From the human T2T-CHM13v2.0 reference genome, Homo sapiens: a stretch of 64,000 nucleotides of DNA. The notes under the pieces are model-generated. The model searched no databases, had not been told where the DNA came from, and worked only from the letters and a program-made list of their open reading frames with translations. Below are positions 1 to 15,868 of this stretch, one piece after another. A program made the position numbers and the translations under genes. The DNA is taken from NCBI RefSeq assembly GCF_009914755.1, contig NC_060937.1. The stretch is one strand, 5' to 3'. The stretch's first letter is position 1, and every line of letters starts with the position of its first letter.

Positions 1-468
1 GATTCCCAGATTGTCTCTGGGATTGAGACCCAGCAGCTCTTTATGTTTGACGCCTCCTTCAATCATCTGTAAAGTGCGCATGTGATTTAAGAACGACTTT
101 TTCTGTTGACATTAATGAAATTACCAAGGTCAACAGTCATCCATTCAGATGCCTGAAAAGCTGGGACATTGACAAGGTTGAATTTGGGGGCCTCACATTC
201 ATCTTTCCATATCCTTCCCACTCTCCTTAGAATTCTAAAATCTTTCATTCTCTCTCCTCATTCCACCCTCTCAGGAAAGAATCTAAAACTTACCCATATT
301 GATATTTAAGGAACTGATGAAGCTCAAAGCATGTTTTAGGGGGACAAAGTTGCTTTCTTTGCTTTTGGCGTAAGCTTCACTAAATTCCACTGTAGATGGT
401 TACTATATATTGAACAAAAGAATAAATGAATACATTTAAGCAAAGAAATTAAAATAAAAAATAAAATA

Positions 469-775
469 GGCTGGGCACAGTGGCTCATATCTATAATCCC
501 AGCACTTTCAGAGGCAGAGGCAGGAGGATCACTTGAGCCCAGGAGACCAGCCTGAACAGCACAGTGAGACCTCGTCTCTACAAACAAATTAAAAAATTAG
601 CCAGACTTGGTGGCGTACACCTATAGTCTTAGCTACCCAGGAAGCTGAGGCAGGAGGATCAGTTGGGTCCAGGAGGTCAAGGCTGTAGTGAGCTATAATC
701 GTGCCACTGCACTCCAGCCCAGGCAACAGAACAAGACCCTGTCTCACAAAAAAACAAAAAACAAACAAACAAATA
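469..775 (+). mobile_element. AluJ
   Basis: Dimeric Alu with ggtcaaggctg and A-rich tail. Confidence 0.9.
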
Positions 776-1508
776 AGATGCGTTGGCCAGAGCAAAAGGG
801 GAAGTAGAGTTAGGCAGTAGCATTCCACTACGCCAAATGAATTCATTAAGCAATCAACAAACAAAAACAAAGAAAGGATACTATAATAGAAAAAAATGTA
901 GAGATGACGTGCCCCCAGAAACAGGAATCATCTGCCCCAAGAGAAGATAGTTAGCAACCTGATCCCCACACACATGTACTCACTATACTGTCAACCCTTC
1001 ACTCATTTTGCCAAGACTGGAAAAGGTGTATCATGGCCCGAAGCCAGTAGCAGCCCTCAGGCTATCTGATGTCTAAAGCTACTGGGCCAGAAGCTGACCC
1101 CACTGACAGAAGCCCTCTCTTTTTAACTGGGAGGGATGGAAAGTATGATGTGAAGCAACGGAATTTTGCATCCTATGTGTGTGTTGCTCCTTCCTGGGAA
1201 GCAGAGGCCTCTGATCTGCAAGGTCCACTACTGTAAAGGTAAGGACTATTAAACTCAGTCTCCCTGATAACTCTGCTCAGAGAGAGGGCGCCACCTCACT
1301 CCACTTTCTTCTTCCATTCCAATTCCACTGCCTCATGTATGCGTTTCCTTCCAGTAATCAATAAATTGTTGATTTCTTTTTCTAAAAGGAACACTTAAAG
1401 GTCTTAAATTATTCAACTTGTACCAATTGATATCGACTCTGTAGGTAATTCTTTTTTCAAGCCACCCTTTAAACAGCATGAAGACTCTGTGTTGTATGTT
1501 TGTTATCC

Positions 1509-1512
<4 letters not shown>

Positions 1513-1554
<42 letters not shown>
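1513..1554. repeat. (CA)n microsatellite
   Basis: Perfect AC run. Confidence 0.97.
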
Positions 1555-1556
<2 letters not shown>

Positions 1557-1819
1557 CTACCTTATCTAAGTGACTCTTTTACCTTTAAGATGAATTTTAA
1601 GTGGAGTTGCTTCCTCAGCCCTCCCAACTTCTCTGTGTATTGTGTGATAAACCTTCCAGAGGAAGGAAGAAGACAAAACCACAACTTTTTCTTAATGAAG
1701 GAGGCTGTGATTACACTTCTGAATTATGACAGACTGTTTTAGACCAAGGAAAGAATGCAGCAGGTTGCTGGCTGGGACAGAAGCAAGCTAACAATTTTTA
1801 GGTATTTATCTTGCATTCA

Positions 1820-2117
<298 letters not shown>

Positions 2118-2738
2118 TCAGCCACTTTGCTGATTCTGTATCAAATGAAATGCTTTCCCAGTAGATTATCTGGTGCTTTTTAGGTAGACAACAATATTGC
2201 CTGTGACTTTTTTCTACTTTTAAATAATTAGACCTCTTATTTCCGTTTGATTTCTAATTGCATTGCCCAGAAAATCCCAGAAATGATAAGTACTAATAGT
2301 GATGGCAGATATCCTTGGGTTTTCTTTTCAATTTTATAGGAAATGTTTCTGAGTTTCACATTTATTACTTTAGATATTGTTTCATAAAGTCACATATTTT
2401 ATCCCAAAAGTGCATCCTCATCATTCCTCATCATCACACACTTTCCTACTTATACTGTCAAAAATGTCTAAATGTAGAATTACACTCTAGATTTCTCTGC
2501 AGTACAGGAAGCCAGAAAACAGAGCAAATCAAGGCAAGGGAAATTTCCTAATCTTTCCGCATCTCTGTGAAATTAATAAACTATCCTACATGTTGTTCTG
2601 GATTTGAAAATGTTTTCAAGTAAATTACTTCTTGTTCTTGGTCCCTTTAAGCCTCAATCCCAGTTTTCAAATGTGAAATGCCTTTCAAACATAAAAGAGC
2701 AAAAAGGGATAGTATAAAATGATATATTCAAGTAATAG

Positions 2739-3033
2739 TTTTTTATTTTATTTTAATTTATTTGAGATAGGATCTCACTCTGTTACTCAGGCTGGAGTGC
2801 AGTGGCATGATCATAGCTCACTGTAGCCTCAAGTCCTGGATCCTCCTGCCACTGCCTCCTGAGTAGCTAAAACCGCAAGTGTGAGCCACCATGCCTGGCT
2901 TGTTTTTTTCCTTTGTAGAGATGGGGGTCTCACTATGTTGTCCGGGCTGGTCTCAAATTCCTGCTTTAAGCGATCCTCCCATCTCGGCCTCCCAAAGTGC
3001 TGGGATTACAGGTGTGAGCCACCACACCTGGCC
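2739..3033 (-). mobile_element. AluJ
   Basis: Antisense dimeric Alu. Confidence 0.9.
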
Positions 3034-3394
3034 ACAGGGAACAAGTTTTAAACAATTAGATGGCTTTATCACCTCACAGCAGACAGTTTGAAATGACAAT
3101 TGCTAGGACTTCTGGTGGTATTAGCAGAATAGTAACTAAAACGTATATGTCATTTTTATTCCAGACAGGAAGCGTAGAGGTAGTTACTAGTGAATGACAG
3201 TAAATTATACCAGATGCCAAGTAAATTTTAACAGCCTTGTAGCTGCACATCTCATATTCACATATTCATCAATACGTTAATCTTTAGCTATATAACTCAA
3301 GGTTTGAATACAACACCACATAAAAAGAAAATTACAAAGGTATCTGCAAAACAACATTTGGCTCTTGAGACAAAAATTCAGTTTGATCAATAAA

Positions 3395-3905
3395 TTATTC
3401 TCTATCTACCCAAGAGAAATAAACCATATATCCACACAAATACTTGTATGTGAATGTTCACAGCAGCATTATTCATAACCCAAAACTAGAAATGATCCAA
3501 ATGCACTTGACCTGGTGAATGGCTAAAATGTGGTCCATTCAGACAATGGAATATTATTCAGCAATAGAAAGAAATGAACTACTGATAGATGTACAACAAG
3601 GAGGAATCTCAAAAATTTGCCGAATAAGCCAGATGCAAAAGGTCACACTTCACATTACCCTCCTTATATGAAATGTCTAGACAATAAAAATTTATTTATA
3701 GAGAAAACAGATCAGTGATTGCCTGGAGCTGGGGCTGCTAGGAGGGAAAGACTGCAAAAGAGCATGAGGGATCTTTCTGGGGTGATGGATGGAAAGGCTC
3801 TGGGGGTGGATTTTGGTGATGGTTGCACAACTTGTGGATTTGCTAAAAAACATTGAACTGTACACTTAAAATAAGTGAATTTTATAATATGTAAACAATA
3901 ACTCA
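3395..3905 (+). mobile_element. L1MB/MC 3' end fragment
   Basis: gaatgttcacagcagcattattcata...tgaactgtacacttaaaa. Confidence 0.75.
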
Positions 3906-4078
3906 GCCAAGTATGGTGGCTCATACCTGTAATCTCAACACTTTGGGAAGCCAAGGTGGGAGGATCAGACATTTGAGCCCAAGAATTCGAGACCAGCCTG
4001 GGCAACATAGCAAGACCCCATCTCTACAGGAAACTTTAAAAAATTAATTAGCTGGGCATGTTGGCACATGCCTGTGGT
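3906..4078 (+). mobile_element. AluJ partial
   Basis: Left arm plus start of right arm. Confidence 0.85.
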
Positions 4079-4299
4079 AATTTGCTACTGTTTTATGTAA
4101 GACTTCACATCTATGTTAAAAGGTGAGTCTGGTCTACAGTTTTCTGTTTTGGAATTTTGTGGAAATAAATCTTTATTGAATTTTTTAAGTTTATTTTTAT
4201 GGGTCTATTCAAGTTCCTATTTTGTCCAGTTAATAAAGATTTTTCTATTTATAAGCACTTAAAAGCATTTACTATGAGATATAATCTTTTAAAACTGCA

Positions 4300-4890
4300 T
4301 ACTTAATGATCCCTTCCTTCATTCGACAAATGTTGATTGCTTGCATTTGACTTTATAGATTTAATTCGTAGTAAGGTGTCTGCCACATCACATTTTAAGG
4401 ATTTAATCACTGTGGCTGGAGCTGATTTTGCTGCTGGTAACACAGTTGTGAACACGACTGGAAAAATCCTGGAAACCACAGACGAAGTCAACAAATGGAT
4501 TACAGACGGTGGAGCTGGGCAGCCTGGCATGAGCTGGTCAGAGACAGGGTCTCCAGGAAGACAAGGAGCTGCGATTTCAAGGGCGGGAGGCTTGCCAAGG
4601 CCAGGGGCCAGCACGCCTTGGTTGGGAGAGTAGCAAGTACAAGGCTCTGAAGCCAGAACAAGCTTGGTAGGTTAAGGAACAGAAGCAAGGGCAGAAAGAA
4701 AAGGTAGGCAGGCAATGATAAAGGAGGCCAGAGAGGTAGGCACAGGTGAAATCAGAGGCCTCCGGGCCATCGTGAGGAGCTTGCATGTACTCTAAGGGCA
4801 ACGGCCATACACCGGAGGATTTTATGTGGACAGTGACATGATCCAGTGTATGCTATATGGTCAGTTGGGCTGTTACATGGAGTTGGGGCA
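4300..4890. mobile_element. L2 remnant
   Basis: cattcgacaaatgttgattg and acagttgtgaacacgac are L2 3'-end-like; degenerate. Confidence 0.55.
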
Positions 4891-5082
4891 GTGTCTTAGT
4901 CTGTTTTATTTTCACTGCTAAAAAATACCTTAGATTGGGTCATTGGTAAACAACAGAAATTTAGAGGCTGAGAAATCAAAATCAAGGCACCAGGAGATTC
5001 AGAGTCTGGTGAGGGCTCATTCCTCCTAGATGGTGCCTTCTGGTCCTCACATGGGAAGCGACAAGGGAGCTCCCCTGAGCCC

Positions 5083-6238
5083 CGTGGTGTTATGAGATGT
5101 ATAGTGCAGGGTATATGTGTAGGCATTCCTCCACGGTTCCTCACTCCTAACTCCCAGAGCCCTTGTGTATTAGTCTGTTCTCCTGCTGCTAATAAAGACA
5201 TACCTGAGAGTGCGTAATTTATAAAGGAAAGAGCTTTAATGGACTCACAGTTCCACATGGATGGGGAGACCTCACAATCATGGAGGAAGGCAAATGAGGA
5301 GCAAAGTCACATCTTAACATGGCGGCAGGCAAGAGAACGTGTGCAGGAGAACTCCCATTTATAAAACCATCAGATCCGTAAGACCTATTCACTATCACGA
5401 GACCAGCAGGGGAAAGACACCCGTTCTGTGATTCAATTATCTCCACCTGGCCCCACCCTTGACACATGGGGATTATTACAATTGAAGGTGAGATTTGGGT
5501 GGGGACACAACCAAACCATTATCACCTTGTTACAGTCTTTTGTAATAATGTTGGGCGTGTTGGGCCTCGGGACAGCCTCTGATCTTCTCCTGCCCTCCTG
5601 TCGCCTGCCCCAAGGCAGAACACCAGTCTTCTCCTGCCTTTCTGATTGCAGGTTTTAAGACCTTCCCCCGAGTGGGTCCCATCTCATGTCCTCGGGGAAA
5701 GGAATGCTTTCATAAAAACCCAGTAGGACTGGGCTCAGGTGCTTCCAGATGACTGAAAACGTGGAGGTTGATGGAAGCTCGGAACCCCTTCCCCCATACC
5801 TTGCCCTATGCATCTCTTCATCTGTATCCTGTGTACTATCCTTTATAATAAACCAACAAGTAAGTGTTTCCCTGAGTCGTGTGAGCTGCTGCAGCAAATT
5901 AATCAAACCCAAATAGGGGGTCGTAGGAACCCTAACTTGAAGATGTCCGGTCAGAAGTTCTGGAGGTCCAGACTTGCAGCTGGTGTCAGGGCATATGACG
6001 GGAATCTTGGGGACTGTGGGATCCAGTTCCCAATGCCAGGGAGCCTCCAACCTGTGGGATCTGACACTGTTTCCGGGTAGTGTTGGAATTGAATTGGAGG
6101 ACACCCAGCTAGTGTCTGCTGCTTCGTGTCGGGGGGAAAAAACCCACACATTTGGTCACAGAAGTCTTCTGCGTTGACTCTCGTGGTGATGGGGAAGTAG
6201 AGGAAAAATGCAGTCAGTGAGACTTTTTCCCCGAAACA
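5083..6238 (+). mobile_element. MER21-family LTR, itself split by THE1C
   Basis: gtggtgttatga... start; aataaacc..taagtgtttccctgagt; near-TSD agccc/agcct. Confidence 0.75.
5166..5524 (-). mobile_element. THE1C-like MaLR solo LTR
   Basis: tgtattagtctgttctc...ccaaaccattatca; 5-bp TSD CCTTG at 5161-5165 and 5525-5529. Confidence 0.88.
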
Positions 6239-6676
6239 AGCCTCTTTTATAAGTACCCTAATCCCATGCATTTGGGCGCAGCCCTCATGACTTAATTACT
6301 TCCCAAAGGCCTCACTACCATAGCAGGTATTAGTTTCCAAGATATGAATTTAGGGGAACAGCAACATTCAGGCTGGGAAGAAGAGTAGTTAGCAGCTGGG
6401 AGACTAGCTGGGGGTTCTGTGGATGCCCAGGAGAGGGTTGAAGGTGTTGCCACATTATTTTTCTCTTTTGTTTCATTTGTCTTTTTCACCCTTAAGTAGA
6501 TATTCTGAAAGTCTGCCTACTTGATTACTTTTTGTCTAAGAAACTGCTCTCAGGTTTATTGGCTTTTTTGATGTTCTCTTTTTAATAATTCATTAACAGT
6601 GTTTTTTATCTTTGCTTTATTTTGTTGTTGTTGTTGTTTTTGTTTTTACTCATTTCTGCTTCTTAAGCTTAGCTCA

Positions 6677-7126
<450 letters not shown>

Positions 7127-8406
7127 TCAAGGTCCCACATGGACAGCGGTCATCTTTTTTAACCCTCTTAAGTTTGAGGAACTCCCCACCATATAAAGTG
7201 GAACCTACCTACCGTATTTTAAATGAATAGCCCCGATACTTTTCCCAGCTCCTTTTGTGCTAAGACATGGGTCCTAGACCCTACATTACAATCCAAGGAC
7301 AGGAAGAGCTGGTGGCTGTGCAGAGCCCTCCTGGGATGCAGGTAGCCAGGGCCACAGCCACATACTATGATGGAGGAGCTTGTGGCATCTGGAAGCCAAC
7401 AGCATAAAATGTTCCATGAAAGAGGGATGACCAAACACATCAAATGTCTTAAATGAACCGGAGAAAGGGAGCAATGAAAACTGGCCACTGGCTGTGGAGA
7501 CCATGGGGAGTGGAATCAGGGGCCGCTCTTTCTGATGGTGTCTGTGTTCTCTGTGAACAGGGAAGGAAGCGGCGCGAGGGGATGTTGGAGGCTGGAGGAG
7601 AGAAGGTGTGTGGGCATCCACAGAAGGGGATCAGTACTGAGTAAGGTTGGCACTTTTTTGAGATTTCTTGAACATATGCAAATTTCCAAACATTGAAAAA
7701 TTTCTGTAGCAGCAAGTCCCCATAACGTGTGCACTTGTTTCAGAGGACGCAAGCGTAAAAGCCAGATCAACTGTACTCTAGAGCCAATGCTAAGGGGTAG
7801 AACCTCCAGGCAGCTGGAAAGATGTATCAGGTCCCCAGAGTCTGTGGAGGGAATTACAGGATTGCTCCTGGAGACCCTGAGTGGGCAACAAGGGCTGAGT
7901 GGCTGGTGGCACAGCGGGAACCTTGTGCTCCTCACAGTCCTGAGCCCTCTTCTATGTGGTCTTTCTTCCATGAGGAAAATTGGACTTAAAATGTTTGGAT
8001 TTCACTGATGTAGATCTCCAACAAATGTTTTTTTTTCCACTTTAATAGATCCCGGTAATTGCAAAAATCTAGTGGAGGTTATTTCTTGCACTCACTTCTG
8101 CTTTGACTGAATAATATATCTCCTTCCCCAGATGAGGACACGTTTTAAATGTGCTCCATCAGAGGCCTCTACTTTCCGCTGTGGTTTAAATGCTTATCTT
8201 TGAATGTGCTCCTAGTCTATGAGTGAATTGGAATAAGAATATAAATATTTGAAATGGCTAAAAGCAGACTTCCCCTGTCAAAACAACTGCAGTTTACCTC
8301 GAAAAGTGAATCCCACAGAACTTAAGAGGCTTCCCTTTCAGGCTTACACCCCAGACAACACTTTGAGCCTAATCTTTGGGCTTTCTAATTACTGACTTCC
8401 ACTTGT

Positions 8407-8712
<306 letters not shown>

Positions 8713-11700
8713 ACTTTCAATTTTAAAAGAGTAAGAGATTCTCCACACGTGTTCCCTACAATGTTAAGTCTCTGTGGCAGACAAGGAGTTGTAAATGGAA
8801 CTTACAAAGAGGCAATCAAAATTATAAATTGTAAATTTAATTATAAGTATATAGTCTTATACAATTATAAAACTAAATTATGCATTAAATTATAAATTGA
8901 GTCCATATATTGAATGCTACAAAAATTATAAATTGAATGCCAAGTATTACAATCCTATATTAAAGGGTTTTTACCCTATTCCTATTTACAAAAGGATATT
9001 TGACTACCTGACTTTCACTTATTCTCATGCCAATGTTAAACATAAATCTTACACCTGTGAAGATATAGACAGAAGCAGTCCATATTCTAAGAGTGAAATA
9101 CTGATTTGATTGTGGATGTGACGCTACACCACCGAGCGAGGATGTTTTCACTGGCTGCAGTTAAACTCCGGAATAGGACCGTAAGAGAATCCTCTAAATA
9201 GCTCATTCCTATTTTCCAAGCACACTAGTAAAACCACTGTGGAGAACAACTGAACACTCTATAGGTCAGCCTTTGACCATAAATAAATAGGAGATGATAA
9301 AAACAGATAAATAAATAAGAACAAAGACCAAGGTTCTTCGGGTGCTTATTGTCTTTCACCACGTGCTGCATTTCGCACGACACATCCGCCGCTTTCCAAA
9401 CCTTTCCCCTCTTGACTTTCTGTATCCCTTCATTTGTTCAACAGCTCTTCATTGAGCGTCCACTATGCCCTCGGGTGTTGAGTTACATCCCACACATGAA
9501 GGTCCCTGTCCTCGTGAAGTGTACGCTTGACGTTTGCTGTTTAAAAGTCTCTTTCTGCAGTAGTGCTGAAATTGATGGGAACGGTGGGCAGGAGAGGGCA
9601 CGCTGAAGCCAGTGTCTGCTCGGCCCACCTGGTCCTCGCCTAGCTGGCAGCATCTGCTCTAGAGCCTTCCATCTGATGGCTGACCCTCATCGTTCCATCT
9701 TTGCCTCCTTAGTGAGGCTCCCCATTGCCACCCCAGGCACCCACAGCCTTCCCCTCCTCCTAAGCCCTATTGCCCTTACTGTTTTTCACGGCACACATAG
9801 GTTTGCACTGTACAATAGAAATCACTTCGACTGATGAGAGTTTATTGACTGTCTCTCCCTGGAAGGTTCCATGGAGACTCCTCAGTCTTCCTTGTCCTAC
9901 CTCCACCTCATCTGTTCCCTTGGGTGTCATGCTCAGTTCTTTTCAGTAATGACTTAGTGCCTGCTATTGGTCAGATGCTGAGGATACAACGATGAAATAA
10001 GCCTTGGTCCCCGTCCTCAGGGAGCTTATAATGTGTCAGAGGAGGCAGGCATGTAAGCATTTTCACGGCTCAGTCCTCTGCTATGAGCTATGTTCAAGAA
10101 GTACATGGATTTACTTGAATTCCTAGGAGATCACAAGCAGACCACTCAGCCCTGACTTCAGCCTACAGAAGACCTCTTGTTGACCACAAATTCAAGGATT
10201 CATTGGCCTACGATGATCTTGAAGGATGAGTAAGAGGTTAGCTAAAAAGAGGGACAAGGGGGATAGTAGAACATGGGTTACAATGGCAGAGCCAGTCAAC
10301 CCTCCCCACTCCCAGGTAGGTGTCCTCTTGACCCAAGCATATATGGTCCTTGGTGGCTGCACCTCTTGATGACTACCCAGAGCCCCTGGAACAAAACCCG
10401 AGCCCCTCACCTGCACACCTGCCCCTCCTTCCTGTGTGTCCTGCTCTCTGGGGTGATGGAGGCATTTCTGTCTTTACCATGAACCCTTTTCTCAGGAAGA
10501 CAAAATTAAATAATAAAGCCATGATAATATGATTTGTAATGAGCAAATGTTCTAATGTTTAAAAGGGAAGAAGATGGTGATAGGCAACTAAACAGTGAGG
10601 CAGGGGAAAGAGGGGCACTGCCATGGCGCTCTCATTGCACCTGACCCTTTCCCGAAAGGTCTGGGAAAAGAGTTCCATGCAACTGACATGAGATAATATT
10701 TGTATTTTCATGAGTCACAAAACTGCCAGAAACAGACCTGTTTTCTGAGCTACAGACTCCTGAACCCAGCTTCCTACTAACCGTCTCCCCCTGCCTTTCC
10801 ACAGTGCCTTCAATCCTTCCCATGAAAAGCAGAACCCATAATCTCCCACACATATACCCGACCCCTGCAGCTTTATTTCTCAATTTGGTTAATGACACTG
10901 TGGTCCCAGCCGGCAATCCAAGAGATATCAGAAATGCCTATTTCTGCTGCACCCTCACGTTGAACTGTTCCTCAAGACCTTTTGATTCTCCCCACTACAA
11001 CTGTCCCTACTCCTTCCCCTACTTGACATCCCGGCATGCAATGTTTGCTGTTTTATCACTGCCTGAGCAATTGCAAAAGCTTCATCATTGGAACCTGTTG
11101 TCTCATGCTGGATCCCCGCTCTCCTCCTTTCCCTAAAGCAGAGCTTTGCTAGAACCTGTGAGCAGGTAGCCGACCTGGAAACTACTCAAAGAGGCAGGAA
11201 TGAAGGAGCCCAATGAATAATGGGAGGAGCAAAACCAACATAAACATGAATTACTGAGATCACCTCTGTAGGCAACTGGGGCTCGGTGCCACCACTTGGG
11301 CACATGCAGGTTGCTTCTCTGAATGGACCAGGAGAAGCGTGTGGCCACTGGCTCCATCCCTCCCTGTGTGAGGGAATCCCCTGAAAGGGTTAAATCTCCT
11401 GCATTTTGGAGCTGGGTGGTTCTGAGCTGGGCACAACCTACCTGGAGTCAGTGGCTCTGGAGAATACCTACAGCAGGGTGCAGAAGGTGTGAGGTGTACT
11501 CTTGGGAAAAAAGCTTTAGTGCCAGGTGCATCCAAGCCACAGGAAAGTGCTCACTGCCCCGAGTGAGGTGAGGGGGTGTGGCACAAGGCTCCAGAGGCAT
11601 CTGACACCCGATAACCCAAATCTGCCCTCATTCCAAAAGGTCTTTCTAAAGTATGTCTGATTATGTAACCTCCTGCTTAAAAACCTCCAGCTCCCAGAGG

Positions 11701-11847
11701 CTTACAGCGCAGCACCTGCTCCCAGTAGAATACAGTCTGCACCGTCTGGCCACCACCACCTTCTGACCTCGTCTCCCATCTACCTATCCCCACCAACACA
11801 TCAGAGAGCCTGCAGCACCCTGGACTAGTCATGATTTTGTTGACTAG

Positions 11848-12148
<301 letters not shown>

Positions 12149-12767
12149 TAATCTCTTTATCTTGAATGTTCCTCCTCTTCCACCTGGTGAATTCCTACTT
12201 ATCACCTAAAACTCAACTCAACTACCATTTCTCCTGTAGAGCGCTCCTGACTCCTACCACATGCCCCCATCTGGTCTACAGCGAGGGAAAGCAAAAGCAT
12301 CCCTCTCTTGTTCCTAAACCCAGTCATCACAGGCCATGTCACGGGTGGAATGGTGTAGCCGGCCTGTCCATTTTCTTGTATTACATGCTGCCTCTCTCCC
12401 CACTATCTTATGAGACCCTTCAGGGCAGAAACTCTTCTGTCTTATTTTCACATTTTCAGTGCCTTAAACAATGTTTGACCCATAAGTCACTCACAAAATG
12501 TTTCTTGAAGAGCAACATGAATTAGTCACATATAATGAACTAGCCACTTTGCAAAGTATTTAATGCATGTGTCACTTAACCACATGGAGGAACCAAAAAT
12601 TTGTCCTAATAAAGTACACCTGAAACACTTACCAACACGTGGTTAGGCAAAGAGGTTAAACGAACAGAGTCAGATGTAAACAGCTGAGAGTTCCGTTCCT
12701 CTACCACTTACTCATCTTCACCATACAGAGAAGCTTCCTCTCTTTTATTTTTATATTTATCCTTTAA

Positions 12768-13111
<344 letters not shown>

Positions 13112-13618
13112 TCAAGTCAAAATCCTCAGGGACTTGAAAATGGACACTAAATCAGAGGATCTGGAGTGAAATGCCTTGAGAAAGGGTAAGTGGAGAAATG
13201 AATGGCCCTTGCGGAGTGAGAAACTGGGTTAAAGCAGTGGGAACAGTCAGAGAAAACAGCCACAAACACTACATCTCCCAAAGACGAAAGCACTTCCCTA
13301 GTAGCTGCACAGGAAGGAGGGGCATGAAACATTTATTACTATCGCACTTTTTCAGAAAGCATTTGGCAAAGAGCCACCTGGCCTGACTCCTGGAGGTGCG
13401 GCCCTAGTCCCCCCATCCCAGCCCCACTGCCAGGAGGTGCTGCAGAGCACAGAGGCCCTCTAAGTGGGGTCTCTCCAGTGGCAGAAGGCTCTTAGCCATA
13501 TTGGATGCATCCCATTATGATATTGCATTCTATCTAGCATTAACATTCAAATTGTAAAATCCTAACTCGCTTCTAACTCTGCAATGCACTCAAATATTTA
13601 GAATAAATATTTGCCTCA

Positions 13619-13960
<342 letters not shown>

Positions 13961-14296
13961 GAGAGAAATTCTAGCAAATGGAAAAGTCACAGGCTATTTG
14001 AAATTTAAAAGTATAATTCTTGGTATGTAGCAATATTTTAACATGGTTCCTTTAAATTTCTTCTCAACTCAATCCAAAATTAAAAAAAAAAAAACCTCAA
14101 AAGTTTGGACCTGTATATCCATCCATCCACCTATCTATTCAATCAATAAGGATTTCCTGAGCACCAACGGGATGGCAAGCACTGTGCTTAAGTGTCGAGG
14201 ATAAAAAGAGAACAACACTTTCTTGCCACTAAAAGAAAGCCTTATAGTCCAGAACAAGAAATGAGACATTTTTCCTTTTCCATGTCCAGTCCCTAG

Positions 14297-14656
<360 letters not shown>

Positions 14657-15685
14657 TAGTCTGCATTCATGGTCTCTACTTACTCATGTCCCCCATTAAA
14701 CTATAAAGCCTCTACTGCCTAATGTCGGCCTCTAATCTCTACTGAAACTGCTCTTGCCAAATGAAAATGACAGGGACAATTTCTACTCTTTAAATGACCT
14801 CTAGGTGGCACTGGACATAGTTAATAATTTTCTCAATCACACTTCCTCCCTGGATCCTGTCTCTCTTTGGTTTTCCAGTGCGCTCTCTTTTGCTGTTTTT
14901 TCTTAAGGTCTGCCCAGTTTTGAGGGATTCCTTCTCAGATCTCTTATCTTATTCTAAGAACTGAAAAATTTTATGCATGCCCATGGCTTAATTCTGCACT
15001 ATAACCTGGTGGCTTCCAGATTTCCCACTCTAATTGACATCTCTTCCCTTAACACCAGCCTCATATTCCAATTTGTATAAATAGCTCCACTTGGATGTCT
15101 CAGAGACATCTCCATGTAATACCCCTAAAACCTAAGCCTCTTTCCCACATACCTGATTCTTCTATTCCCTTCCTAGATGAATGGCAGCCCCATCTATCCC
15201 AGTCAGCCTGTGAAAAACCTGGAAGTCACCACTGCTTTATACCCACGCTCATACCTAGGCCCTCTAAATTCAATCTGACCTTGTATCACTCTTGCTTAAA
15301 ACCAAAGCTCCAAACTGCCTCTCCATCTTCCTCAATATGACATCCAATACAGCTCTTACTACTGTCTAGTCACATTTTCATTATGATCATATTTTAAAAT
15401 ATGTTGCTCCCCACCAAAAGCCATGATGTCCCTTCTTTGCCTCTATATATATTCTAACTGGATAACTTTCCCCTTCCTACCTGGCTAGAGCCTACACATT
15501 CATCCAAAGCCTACTCCTATATGCAAACAGGTCAAAAGGAAGTCTTTGATGACCCCTCCCCAAGCTAGACTTCTTTATGCTATAAGAGCAGTAATTTACA
15601 GCAGCAAAACTTGTAAACTTGCAGCAAAATAAGTAAACTTGTTTACTTAGTAAACAAGTAATGTTTACTAAGGGCTAACCTGTCA

Positions 15686-15868
15686 CACTGGTTCTTAAAT
15701 GTGCATAAACATCCCCTGGGAGCCTATGAAAATGCTGGTCTTCAGGGCCCAGTCTGATGCTCAGATCATCTGATCTGGGACTGAGCTCAAGAGTCTACAT
15801 TTTTAACAAGGTACTCTAAGTGATGCTGACACAGTTGATCAGGGAACCAGATTCTGAGAAACACTGAA
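15686..15868. mobile_element. MER5A-like hAT element
   Basis: cactggttcttaaa...tgagaaacactg termini. Confidence 0.65.

Larger units (their letters stand above)
4893..6372 (-). mobile_element. MLT1A-like MaLR LTR split by MER21
   Basis: tgtcttagtctg... start; resumes at 6239 with cctcttttataag...taatccca. Confidence 0.7.

Noticed and set aside
4303-4801. Overlapping 70-103 aa ORFs on both strands that look protein-like
   Set aside because: They lie in a degenerate L2 remnant, mostly use non-ATG starts, have no convincing splice acceptor and match no domain I recognise.
5219-6271. ORFs up to 164 aa
   Set aside because: Entirely within THE1C/MER21 LTR sequence.
7219-8008. Cluster of ORFs up to 151 aa
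   Set aside because: Moderately GC-rich, L2-like sequence with no recognisable domain or exon structure.
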